Shown: positions 46,747 to 55,788 of the stretch, in pieces | How the letters are laid out: every line of letters starts with the position of its first letter | How positions within the stretch are numbered: position 1 is the stretch's first letter | Assembly (NCBI GenBank): GCA_045591985.1 | Contig: JAZNTV010000077.1 | Location: 18,166 to 82,165 of the forward strand | Direction of reading: 5' to 3' | Length of the DNA: 64,000 bases | From: Acutalibacteraceae bacterium | GTDB lineage: Bacteria; Bacillota; Clostridia; Oscillospirales; Acutalibacteraceae | The notes under the pieces: generated by a model | Seen by the model: only the letters and a program-made list of their open reading frames with translations | What the model was told of the DNA's origin: nothing | The model's database searches: none | Program-made: the position numbers and the translations under genes

Positions 46747-48171
46747 ATGTCGGATAATTTGGAAGAGATTTTGACCGAGTTGGAATTGAACAGACGCGCT
46801 CGTGAGTCGGCCGATACAGATCCTTTGACGGCCAGTCAGGAAGAACGCCGCGAAAAAGTGGCGTCATTCCGCCTGGAGATGGATCTGGACGGAGAGTTCG
46901 GTGAATACGAAGAACCGACAGTCTCAACCCCTGTTTCGGAAACGGAACATAGCGAGGAAGAAAAAACAGAAGAGACGACAGAAGCGGTAGAAGCAACGGA
47001 GCCTGTTCCCGCGAAAAAAGTTCCGCAAGCGGCGGAACCCCCAAAAGAGAAACCCGCTCCTCAAAAAGAGAAAAACGCAAAGAAGCGCCCACGTATGGAT
47101 GCGAAAGAGCGTGAAATGTTGGGGTGCGCCGGCGGTATTTTTTATGTGTTGGCGATTTTGGGCGTTTCGTTGGTGTTGGCGTGTTTAATCATTATGGCTG
47201 CTCTGGATCTTACCGGGCTGAACAAATCGGGCGTGGATGTGCGCGTGACATTGGAAGAAGGCGCAACTACCGCAACGGTAGCGCAGACCTTGAAGGAACA
47301 TGGTTTGATCGACCACACGTTCTTCTTTAAACTGTACTCCAATCTCACCGGCGACGACAGCGAATACCGCTCGGGTGTGTATACGTTATCTGCCAACATG
47401 GGGTATGGTAATATTGTGGACCGTTTACGCGCCGGTGTGCCGCGCACGGTGGTGTCCGTCACGATCCCCGAAGGATTTACTATCGACGATATCGCGCTTC
47501 TGTTGGAGGAGAAAGCCGTATGCACGAAGGGGGCGTTTTATGACGCGGTGCTCACCGGGGATTACTCCGACTATTCGTTTGTCGCCTCTCTTCCAAAGGA
47601 AGAGGGAACGTACGCGGGGCGTGGCTATGCTTTGGAAGGATATATGTTCCCGGATACCTACGAATTTTACACGGGTAGTACAGGCGAAACGGTCGTGCGT
47701 AAATTACTGAACAATTTCGATAACCGTGTGGATACGACCTATAAAACGACGATTGCCGCTATGGGAATGACGGTTAATGACGTTGTCACCTTAGCCTCGA
47801 TCGTACAGGCGGAAGCCGGTAGCGATGAATGGTCACGCGTTGCGCGCGTCCTGATCAATCGTTTGAACAATGCGGCGGAATTCCCGTGTTTACAGTGTGA
47901 TGCCACCATCAACTATTACAAAGGACTGGATCTTTCGGTAAGCGGATTGACAGTCGATCAGAACGCCTATGATACGCATGTGCGCAAAGGGTTGACACCG
48001 GGCGCGATTTCCAATCCCGGCATGAAAGCCATCAAAGCGGTGCTTTCGCCGTCCGAAGCCGATGATGTCAAGGATTGCTACTATTTTGCGACCGATTTGG
48101 AAACCGGTATCACGTATTATTCGCGCACCTATGCAGAGCATCAGGCAATCTGTGCCCAGTATGGAATTTAA
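46747..48171 (+). CDS. mltG: Endolytic murein transglycosylase MltG (YceG-like) with a long acidic N-terminal cytoplasmic extension
   Basis: 474 aa with one TM helix. YceG blocks GYMFPDTYEF and LASIVQAEA. Confidence 0.85.
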   Translation: MSDNLEEILTELELNRRARESADTDPLTASQEERREKVASFRLEMDLDGEFGEYEEPTVSTPVSETEHSEEEKTEETTEAVEATEPVPAKKVPQAAEPPKEKPAPQKEKNAKKRPRMDAKEREMLGCAGGIFYVLAILGVSLVLACLIIMAALDLTGLNKSGVDVRVTLEEGATTATVAQTLKEHGLIDHTFFFKLYSNLTGDDSEYRSGVYTLSANMGYGNIVDRLRAGVPRTVVSVTIPEGFTIDDIALLLEEKAVCTKGAFYDAVLTGDYSDYSFVASLPKEEGTYAGRGYALEGYMFPDTYEFYTGSTGETVVRKLLNNFDNRVDTTYKTTIAAMGMTVNDVVTLASIVQAEAGSDEWSRVARVLINRLNNAAEFPCLQCDATINYYKGLDLSVSGLTVDQNAYDTHVRKGLTPGAISNPGMKAIKAVLSPSEADDVKDCYYFATDLETGITYYSRTYAEHQAICAQYGI

Positions 48172-48184
48172 GGGAGAAACGATA

Positions 48185-49162
48185 ATGCATTGTCCGAAAT
48201 GCAACTGTGAACGGGAGACGCGTCGCGGCGCGTGTCCCGTTTGCGGTTACAGCCGAAAACGGCTGATTTTGATTATTATTGCGATCTGTGTGGCTGCTGT
48301 GATGTTGATTTCCCTTGCCGTGTGGGGTGTTGCGGTATTGTTCGGGCGCTTGAACGGTGCGGTAACGCCGCCGACGGCGGACAAGCCGGCAGACCCTACC
48401 GCGACGGTGACATGGCCTACACTTTCACGTACCGTGACGGTAACGATTCCCGAGGGGTATACCCTTTTGAAGATTGCGGATACCCTCGAAGAAGCCGATG
48501 TCTGTGACGCCGAGGAATTCATAAAAGCGGCGCAGGAAGGCGACTATTCCGATTACGCTTTTCTAAACGACGTTACGACCGTGAATGAGGACGGAACGCC
48601 GAACGGACGACATTTTCGTCTGGAAGGGTATTTGTTCCCCGATACCTATGAGTTTTATCGCCATAGTCACGGTGAGGCGGCCGTGCGTCGTTTTTTGGAT
48701 AATTTTGAGCGGAAGGCGGAAGCGTGGCGATCTGCCCTGGAAACGAGCGGCCTTACGTTGGACGAAGCGGTAACGTTGGCATCGATTATTCAGCGTGAAG
48801 CGAAAACACCCACGGATATGTATCGCGTGTCGCGTGTGTTACACAATCGTTTGGAAAGTCCCGCTTATCCGCGGTTGCAATGTGACGTTTCCACGGCGTA
48901 TTTGCGCGAATTGGAAAGTGTGGGGGAGACACCCGATCGGACGGTATACGATACATACCATTGTAACGGTTTGCCTGTTGGTGCAATTGCCAATCCGGGC
49001 GCTGCGGCTTTGGCGGCCGCCGTTTCGCCCTCGACCGAAGAGATTTGTGCGGGCTGTTATTTCTTTGTGATCGATCCTGCCGACGATGTGGTATATTATT
49101 CCAAAAGCTATGCTGAGCACTTAGCGGTATGGGCCGAGATCCAAGAGCGACAGGGGGAATGA
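48185..49162 (+). CDS. Second MltG/YceG-like transglycosylase with an N-terminal zinc-ribbon
   Basis: Start MHCPKCNCERETRRGACPVCG after GGGAG, then a TM helix. YceG blocks GYLFPDTYEF and LASIIQREA. Confidence 0.8.
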   Translation: MHCPKCNCERETRRGACPVCGYSRKRLILIIIAICVAAVMLISLAVWGVAVLFGRLNGAVTPPTADKPADPTATVTWPTLSRTVTVTIPEGYTLLKIADTLEEADVCDAEEFIKAAQEGDYSDYAFLNDVTTVNEDGTPNGRHFRLEGYLFPDTYEFYRHSHGEAAVRRFLDNFERKAEAWRSALETSGLTLDEAVTLASIIQREAKTPTDMYRVSRVLHNRLESPAYPRLQCDVSTAYLRELESVGETPDRTVYDTYHCNGLPVGAIANPGAAALAAAVSPSTEEICAGCYFFVIDPADDVVYYSKSYAEHLAVWAEIQERQGE

Positions 49163-49165
49163 CGA

Positions 49166-50386
49166 ATGCCTAAAAAACCGGAAGTTTTAGCTCCCGCAGG
49201 GGATGCCGAACGTTTGGATTCCGCGCTGCAATACGGTGCGGATGCCGTGTATCTATCCATGACCGAATTCGGTATGCGAACAGCTCCGCAGAATTTTGAC
49301 GAGACAGCGCTTGTAACTGCTGTTCAAAAAGCGCACAACAAAGGTGTTGCGGTGTATTTGACCTGCAATATTTTACCGCGGAATGATGAGATCGAACGAC
49401 TGCCTCGTTATTTTGAAGCGGCGACAGCAGCAGGGGTCGATGCGCTTATTGCGGCAGATTTGGGCGTTATCGGCATGGCTAAACGCCATGCACCGCACAT
49501 TCCTCTACATATCTCCACGCAATTTGGTGTGGTGAATTATCAAACCGCTTCGGAACTCTACGATATGGGGGCTTCACGAGTGGTGCTTGCACGGGAACTT
49601 TCCATGGAGGAAATTGCTGAGATCCGTGCGAAAACCCCTTCCCAATTGGAACTGGAGGCTTTTGTACACGGCGCTATGTGCATGTCGTATTCGGGGCGTT
49701 GCTTGATCTCCAACTATCTTGCGGGACGCGATGCCAACCATGGGGATTGTGCACAACCTTGTCGCTGGCGTTATGAAGTGGTGGAACCGTCCGCTCCCGA
49801 AGCGCGCTATACGGTGGAAGAGACGAAAAACGGGTCGTTTATTTTCAATGCCAACGATTTGAATATGATCGAACATTTGCCTGCGTTGTATCATGCGGGG
49901 GTAACATCGTTTAAAATTGAGGGGCGCGCGAAAGCGGCGTATTATACCGCCGTTACCACCAATGCCTATCGCGTGGCAACCGATGGATTTGTTGCCGCAG
50001 GATATGCTGCGGATTATCGTCCCGAAGAATGGGTGATAGAGGAACTGCAGAAAGTCAGCCATCGTCCGTATACCACCGGCTTCTATTTCGGTATACCGAA
50101 TCAAAATCTGGCATACGGCGGTTACGTGCGGGAGTATCAAGTGGCGGCGGTTGCCGTAGATTGGAAAGACGGTGTTCTCACGGTAAGCCAGCGCAATCGT
50201 TTTTTAAGAGGGGACATGTTGGAAGTGTTGGAAGCAGGGCGACAACCGTTTTCGCTTTCGGTTTCTGACTTGTTTGACGAAGAAGGGACGATCATCGATG
50301 CGGCACCCCACCCGACGATGATATGTCGGATCCCGTGTGAACGACCTGTTGCAGCAGGCAGTTTACTTCGCAGAGCATTAGAATAA
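49166..50386 (+). CDS. Peptidase U32 family protein (YrrO/TrhP-like)
   Basis: 406 aa. U32 consensus region ELEAFVHGAMCMSYSGRCLIS. Position after mltG matches the Bacillus yrrL-yrrNO region. Confidence 0.8.
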   Translation: MPKKPEVLAPAGDAERLDSALQYGADAVYLSMTEFGMRTAPQNFDETALVTAVQKAHNKGVAVYLTCNILPRNDEIERLPRYFEAATAAGVDALIAADLGVIGMAKRHAPHIPLHISTQFGVVNYQTASELYDMGASRVVLARELSMEEIAEIRAKTPSQLELEAFVHGAMCMSYSGRCLISNYLAGRDANHGDCAQPCRWRYEVVEPSAPEARYTVEETKNGSFIFNANDLNMIEHLPALYHAGVTSFKIEGRAKAAYYTAVTTNAYRVATDGFVAAGYAADYRPEEWVIEELQKVSHRPYTTGFYFGIPNQNLAYGGYVREYQVAAVAVDWKDGVLTVSQRNRFLRGDMLEVLEAGRQPFSLSVSDLFDEEGTIIDAAPHPTMICRIPCERPVAAGSLLRRALE

Positions 50387-50397
50387 TAAAAAGCATC

Positions 50398-50429
50398 TGC
50401 CCTCGGCAGATGCTTTTTTGTATAGCGGG
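50398..50429 (+). terminator. Intrinsic terminator
   Basis: Hairpin aaaaagcatctgcc-ctc-ggcagatgcttttt. Confidence 0.65.
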
Positions 50430-50470
50430 GAGCGGGAGTGTGCACACTGGATAATAAGGAGTGTGTAATC

Positions 50471-52069
50471 ATGACCAAACGTGCAGTGTGTATATGTCTT
50501 TTGTTTTTCGGCGTTTTTTGCGGGCTGACAGCACGATATCTCTCGCTTTGTGAAAATCCGTCCGCCGATGCGGTGACCGAACAATCGATGGCCTCGGTGA
50601 CCGTTGCCGTTTCACGCGGGACGATATACGACCGCCATGGGACTCCGCTTGTGAATCGCCAAAAGGAGTTGCGCCTCTGTATTGCACCGTATACGCGTAC
50701 AATGAGTGCGTTGGCGGAACAACTGTCGGATGAAGTGTTTTTGCCGTTGTCGGAACGCTTAAAAAGCGGACGGCCCATTGTGACCATAGCGGATGAGTCT
50801 TTTCCCGATGTGCGCGGTGTGTTGCGCTTTCATACACCGACACGCTACGGCGAGCGGGTATACGCTCCGCATCTTTTGGGATACGTAAGCGGCGAGGGAC
50901 GCGGCGCGGTCGGTTTGGAAATGGCATACGATACGTTTTTGGCCGCTTGTGAGGGGCGTGTGACCGTTACCTATGAAATCAACGCGGCGGGGCATCTGCT
51001 GACCGACAAAGCACCGCTTGTGAACGATACGATGACAAACGCGCGCGCAGGATTGGTGCTTACGTTGGATCGGGATATTCAGCAATACGCCGAACACACG
51101 GCGGAACAGATGCTGCCCAAAGGGGCGGTGCTGATTGCCGATGCATCAACCTCCGAGATCCTGGCTGCTGTCAGTACTCCTTCGTTTCAACCTTCAACGG
51201 TAGCTTCGCTGTTGGAAGCAGAGGATTCGCCGCTTCTGGATCGTACACTGTGTAACTATAATTGCGGATCGGTATTTAAAATCGTTTCGGCCGCGGCGGC
51301 ATTGGAATACGGTATTCCCGTTTCACGGCAGTATGCTTGCCACGGTGCGTGTGAGGTGGACGGTGTAACGTTCCATTGCCATAATCGTTTAGGTCACGGC
51401 GTGCTGGATATGACGGAGGCATTTTCGCTTTCTTGCAACTGTTATTTTATTCAGTTGATCGCCGATGTCGGTGCAGAATTGCTGTATCAAACGGCTGTTG
51501 ATTTAGGATTTGACCGTGCGGTCATACCGGCCGAAAACTACAAAACCGCGCGCGCGGTGTTACCGACTTTGGGAGAATTACAAAGCGGTGCGGCCGCATT
51601 GGCAAACCTGTCGTTTGGGCAGGGAACGCTGTTGGCGACGCCGTATCATATGATACAGCTGTTATCGGCGGTCGTAAACGACGGCGAGATGCACCGTCCG
51701 TCGGTGGTATACGGCACAATGGATATTGACGGAGTTGTAAAGGCAAATGACATTACACCTCCGCAAACGGCATTTTCGCCCGCAACGGCAGCCGTGTTGC
51801 GGCAATTGATGGTAGCGGCTGTGGCAGAAGGGGCAACAGGGGAGGGGGCGGCGCCCGCCAACGGTGGTGCCGGCGGAAAGACCGGAACGGCAGAGAGCGG
51901 GTGGATCACCGAAAACGGCGAAACGGTACAAAACTGGTTTGTCGGTTATTATCCCGCCGATGAGCCGCGATATCTGATCGCGGTTTTGGCCGAGGATTAC
52001 AACAATACCAATACGGCGGCAGCGACGGTTTTCAATCGTTTGTGTGACGGATTGTATACAATTTCATAA
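50471..52069 (+). CDS. Class B penicillin-binding protein (FtsI/SpoVD-type transpeptidase)
   Basis: Start MTKRAV after AAGGAG, followed by a TM anchor. Motifs are SVFK (SxxK), SCN (SxN) and KTGTA (KTG). Confidence 0.85.
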   Translation: MTKRAVCICLLFFGVFCGLTARYLSLCENPSADAVTEQSMASVTVAVSRGTIYDRHGTPLVNRQKELRLCIAPYTRTMSALAEQLSDEVFLPLSERLKSGRPIVTIADESFPDVRGVLRFHTPTRYGERVYAPHLLGYVSGEGRGAVGLEMAYDTFLAACEGRVTVTYEINAAGHLLTDKAPLVNDTMTNARAGLVLTLDRDIQQYAEHTAEQMLPKGAVLIADASTSEILAAVSTPSFQPSTVASLLEAEDSPLLDRTLCNYNCGSVFKIVSAAAALEYGIPVSRQYACHGACEVDGVTFHCHNRLGHGVLDMTEAFSLSCNCYFIQLIADVGAELLYQTAVDLGFDRAVIPAENYKTARAVLPTLGELQSGAAALANLSFGQGTLLATPYHMIQLLSAVVNDGEMHRPSVVYGTMDIDGVVKANDITPPQTAFSPATAAVLRQLMVAAVAEGATGEGAAPANGGAGGKTGTAESGWITENGETVQNWFVGYYPADEPRYLIAVLAEDYNNTNTAAATVFNRLCDGLYTIS

Positions 52070-52150
52070 GTTTTTTCATGTTTTCGGTTGCAACACGGCG
52101 GGAGTTGTGCTATGATTAACGGTAGGTTATCGGAAAGGAAGTAGAGTATA

Positions 52151-53257
52151 ATGACTAAGATCGATATATTTTCCGGCTTTTTGGGTGCCGGTAAGACCAC
52201 ACTGATCAAAAAACTGATCAAAGAGGCGTATAACGGCGAAAAACTGGTGTTGATTGAAAATGAGTTCGGTGAAATCGGTATCGATGGCGGTTTCCTGCAG
52301 GATGCCGGTGTCGAGATCACCGAAATGAATTCGGGTTGTATCTGCTGCAGCTTGGTGGGCGATTTTTCCGAAGCGCTTAAAAAAGTCTTGGCGGAATTCG
52401 CACCCGATCGCGTATTGATCGAACCTTCGGGGGTGGGCAAACTCAGCGATGTTATTCGCGCTGTTCAAGATGTGAATGACGCCGCTATGCAGCTCAATGC
52501 GTTTACCACGGTTGTGGACGCGGGAAAAGCCAAAATGTATATGAAGAATTTCGGTGAATTCTTCAACGATCAGGTGTCAAGTGCGGGCGCGATCGTGTTG
52601 AGCCATACCGAAAAGTTGAGTGAGGACAAGTTGGAAGCGGTCATCGCCTTGTTGCGTGAACATAATCCTTCGGCCGTAATTGTGACTACTCCGTGGAATG
52701 AACTGGATGGCAAGCAAATTTTGGAAGCTACCGAGCGCACACACACCTTGGAAGCGGAGTTGCATCGTTTGGCGGAAGATGCCGATGTTTGCCCGACTTG
52801 CGGTCATCATCACGACCACGACCACGATCACGAGTGCGGATGCCACGAGCATCATCACGACCACGATCACGAGTGCGGATGCCACGAGCACCATCACGAC
52901 CATGATCATGAGTGCGGATGCCACGAGCACCATCACGACCATGATCACGAATGCGGGTGTCACGAGCATCATCACCACCATGCGGAGGAGGTGTTCCAGA
53001 GCTTTGGCCGCGAAACGGCACGTCGTTACACGGCAGAGGAACTGAATGCCATACTGAAGGCGTTGGAGGACGAGCAGACATACGGTCACGTTTTGCGCGC
53101 GAAAGGGATCGTTAACGGCCAAAACGGTTGGTTGCATTTCGATTACGTTCCCGGCGAAGCCGATGTGCGCGACGGTGCAGCAGGTGTTATCGGTCGTTTG
53201 TGTGTGATTGGTGCCGGTCTGAAGGACGCGGCACTGGAAACGCTGTTCGGTCTGTAA
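52151..53257 (+). CDS. COG0523 (CobW/HypB/UreG-type) GTP-binding metallochaperone with a Cys/His-rich repeat insert
   Basis: 368 aa. P-loop GFLGAGKT, metal motif GCICCS, and a 4x HECGCHEHHH(DHD) insert between the GTPase and C-terminal domains. Confidence 0.85.
   Translation: MTKIDIFSGFLGAGKTTLIKKLIKEAYNGEKLVLIENEFGEIGIDGGFLQDAGVEITEMNSGCICCSLVGDFSEALKKVLAEFAPDRVLIEPSGVGKLSDVIRAVQDVNDAAMQLNAFTTVVDAGKAKMYMKNFGEFFNDQVSSAGAIVLSHTEKLSEDKLEAVIALLREHNPSAVIVTTPWNELDGKQILEATERTHTLEAELHRLAEDADVCPTCGHHHDHDHDHECGCHEHHHDHDHECGCHEHHHDHDHECGCHEHHHDHDHECGCHEHHHHHAEEVFQSFGRETARRYTAEELNAILKALEDEQTYGHVLRAKGIVNGQNGWLHFDYVPGEADVRDGAAGVIGRLCVIGAGLKDAALETLFGL
52829..52984 (+). repeat. In-frame 39-nt tandem repeat, 4 copies, encoding HECGCHEHHHDHD
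   Basis: Repeat units start at 52829, 52868, 52907 and 52946 (period 39 nt), with a few synonymous differences. Confidence 0.9.
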
Positions 53258-53269
53258 GAAGGTGAGAAG

Positions 53270-54217
53270 ATGGAAACTCCCGTATATTTGTTTACCGGCT
53301 TTTTAGAGTCGGGAAAAACACGGTTTATCCAAGGTACGCTTGAAGATAAGCGGTTTAATGCCGGGGAATCCACCCTCCTTTTGCTGTGTGAAGAAGGAGT
53401 GGAAGAGTACGATCTTTCCCGTATGCCGAACGGCGGCAAGAACATCACCATACAAGTGGTGGAAGAGGAAGAAGAACTCACACCTGCGGCGTTGTCCGAC
53501 TGGAAAAAAGCGTGTAATGCCAAGCGCGTCATGGTGGAATACAACGGTATGTGGATGTTGGATCGGTTGTATAATGCGATGCCGCCGGAGTGGGTGATCT
53601 ATCAGGAACTCTGTTTTGCCGATGCAACTACGTTTTTGACCTATAACGCCAATATGCGCAGTTTGGTAGTGGATAAGTTGAACAGTTGCGAATTGATCGC
53701 GTTTAATCGCTATCGGGCAGATATGGATAAGATGGCTTTTCATAAGATCGTGCGTGCCACTTCGCGTCGTGCGGATATTGCGTACGAATACGAGAACGGT
53801 AATGTCGAATACGACGATATCGAAGACCCGTTGCCGTTTGACGTTAATGCTCCTGTTATAGAGATTGCGGATAACGACTATGCGCTGTGGTATCGTGATT
53901 TGAACGAAAATATGAATACTTATGCAGGGAAAACCGTGAAGTTCAAGGGCCTTGTAGCGGTGGAAGGGAAGATGCCGCCCGACAGTTTTGTGATCGGTCG
54001 ACATATTATGACTTGCTGTGAAGACGATATTGCCTACGGAGGTTTGATCTGTGACTGGAAAGGAGCCAAAACGCTTAAACAGCGTGATTGGGTGATGCTG
54101 ACAGCACGCCTTGCGGTGGAATATCATAAGGCGTATCGCAAAAAGGGCCCCGTCTTAAAGGCCGTCAAAGTGGAACATGCCGAAGTGCCCGAACAGCAGA
54201 TTGCCACCTTCTTTTGA
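53270..54217 (+). CDS. CobW-like NTPase domain lacking the CxCC motif, fused to a DUF1980-like C-terminal CC-motif domain
   Basis: 315 aa. P-loop GFLESGKT is present and there is no CxCC. The C-terminal motif IMTCCEDD resembles the CC(A/E)xD signature I recall for TIGR03943/DUF1980. Confidence 0.55.
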   Translation: METPVYLFTGFLESGKTRFIQGTLEDKRFNAGESTLLLLCEEGVEEYDLSRMPNGGKNITIQVVEEEEELTPAALSDWKKACNAKRVMVEYNGMWMLDRLYNAMPPEWVIYQELCFADATTFLTYNANMRSLVVDKLNSCELIAFNRYRADMDKMAFHKIVRATSRRADIAYEYENGNVEYDDIEDPLPFDVNAPVIEIADNDYALWYRDLNENMNTYAGKTVKFKGLVAVEGKMPPDSFVIGRHIMTCCEDDIAYGGLICDWKGAKTLKQRDWVMLTARLAVEYHKAYRKKGPVLKAVKVEHAEVPEQQIATFF

Positions 54218-54273
54218 TAATTTTCAAAATTTCGGACATACTGTTACCGATCCTAGGAAAGGGCGGTAACGGT

Positions 54274-55707
54274 ATGTCCCTCTTTTTTTCAAAAAATCTG
54301 AAAGAAAATACAACGTTGTTGCGTCAATTGCTTCGTGTTTCGGCGAGTTTTGACATTGTTTTGCGTGACATAACGGTGGCAGATCTTTCGGCGGCCATTG
54401 TGTTTGTGGATGGATTCGTAAAAGATGAAACCATGTCGAAAATGTTGCAGTTTTTTGTGAATCTGCAACCCGAGAAAGTGAAGAAACTGAAGAGCGCCGA
54501 TGAGTTTGCGGCACAGTTTGTTCCTTATACCGAAGTGGCGGTTTCGGATCAACCCGATGCCGTGGTGACGGCAGTCCTTTCGGGGCAATTGGCGCTGTTG
54601 ATAGACGGATACGACAAGGTAATATTGGTAGATTTGCGTACTTACCCTGTACGCGGCGTATCCGAGCCCGAGTCGGATCGTGTGTTGCGCGGCTCACATG
54701 ACGGTTTTGTGGAAACGTTAGTATTTAATACTGCATTGATACGTCGTCACCTGCGCGACGCTCGTTTGACAATGGAGTATCGACAGATCGGCGACGTTTC
54801 CAAAACCGATGTGATCATGTGTTATCTGGACGGTGTTGCCCCGTCGAAACACGTAAAGACGCTGCGCGAAAAGTTGGACGCGATTACGATTCCGAGCCTT
54901 ACGATGGGGCAGGAGAGTTTAGTGGAATGTCTGTTTCGTAAACAGCAATGGTATAATCCCTTCCCGAAAGTACGGTATACCGAGCGTCCCGATGCTGCTG
55001 CGGCGGCGGTGGCGGAAGGGCGTATTTTGATAATTGTGGACGGCACACCGGTGGTGATGATTCTGCCTTCCGGAATTTTCGATTTTGTGCAAGATACCAA
55101 CGATTACTACTTCCCACCGTTGGTGGGATCGTATCTTCGGTTGGTGCGTATTATCGTTTTCGGTTTCACTATTTTTGTAACACCGGTTTGGTTTTTGCTG
55201 ATAACCAATCCCGATTGGATCCCTCCGTGGCTCGAATTCATTCGTATCAAAGAGCCGAATACCATACCGGTCATCATCCAACTCTTGATGGTCGAGGTGA
55301 TTATTGATGCCATCCGTTTGGCATCGTTGAACACACCGAGTGCGTTGAACAATGCATTCGGCGTTGTCGGTGCGTTGATCCTCGGCGAATTTGCCGTAAC
55401 GGCAGGGGTGTTTGTGGCAGAGGTGTTATTGTATATGGCAGCGGTCGCAGTAGCCACGTTCACACAACCCAGTTTCGAATTGGGGTATGCTTTTAAATTG
55501 TCACGAATGCTGTTCTTGGTATTGACCGCCCTGTTGGGGATTTGGGGGTTTATCGGCGGAATATTGCTGGTGTTATCGGTATTGGCTACCACACAAACAG
55601 CGCTCGGTACAGGGTATCTGTATCCCATCGTACCGTTCGATAAGGTGGCATTTCGCCGATTGGTGATGCGGCGCATATTGCATCGAAACAATGCGCTGAG
55701 AAAATGA
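54274..55707 (+). CDS. GerA-family spore germination protein (A-subunit / SpoVAF-like), orphan
   Basis: About 477 aa from MSLFFSKNLKEN. Soluble N-terminal domain plus a C-terminal polytopic region, with GerA-family blocks (recollection). Start is uncertain; the ORF track gives 54214. Confidence 0.7.
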   Translation: MSLFFSKNLKENTTLLRQLLRVSASFDIVLRDITVADLSAAIVFVDGFVKDETMSKMLQFFVNLQPEKVKKLKSADEFAAQFVPYTEVAVSDQPDAVVTAVLSGQLALLIDGYDKVILVDLRTYPVRGVSEPESDRVLRGSHDGFVETLVFNTALIRRHLRDARLTMEYRQIGDVSKTDVIMCYLDGVAPSKHVKTLREKLDAITIPSLTMGQESLVECLFRKQQWYNPFPKVRYTERPDAAAAAVAEGRILIIVDGTPVVMILPSGIFDFVQDTNDYYFPPLVGSYLRLVRIIVFGFTIFVTPVWFLLITNPDWIPPWLEFIRIKEPNTIPVIIQLLMVEVIIDAIRLASLNTPSALNNAFGVVGALILGEFAVTAGVFVAEVLLYMAAVAVATFTQPSFELGYAFKLSRMLFLVLTALLGIWGFIGGILLVLSVLATTQTALGTGYLYPIVPFDKVAFRRLVMRRILHRNNALRK

Positions 55708-55715
55708 TTAAAAAA

Positions 55716-55748
55716 CGATCCTACAGGTTTTTCCTGTGGGATTGTTTT
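55716..55748 (+). terminator. Intrinsic terminator
   Basis: Hairpin cgatcctacagg-ttttt-cctgtgggattg followed by tttt. Confidence 0.6.
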
Positions 55749-55759
55749 GCGTAGGGGTA

Positions 55760-55788
55760 TTGACATTTTTCGCGGTTTCTATTATATT
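55760..55788 (+). promoter_or_regulatory. Putative sigma-A promoter of potABCD
   Basis: TTGACA, 17-nt spacer, TATATT. It leaves a leader of about 170 nt before potA. Confidence 0.5.

Noticed and set aside
52070-52150. Search for a Zur-type box upstream of the COG0523 gene.
   Set aside because: I saw only a plausible promoter (TTGCAA-17-TATGAT). I could not identify a convincing AT-rich palindrome of the Zur type by eye. A proper motif scan is needed.
52577-53137. Overlapping ORFs in other frames across the His-rich repeat (52577-53137 minus, 52698-53045 plus, 52728-53081 minus), and the idea that the 39-nt repeat might be a CRISPR-like array.
   Set aside because: The repeats are directly adjacent with no spacers. 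They are in frame within a COG0523 gene and encode a sensible metal-binding peptide. The other frames give repetitive nonsense.
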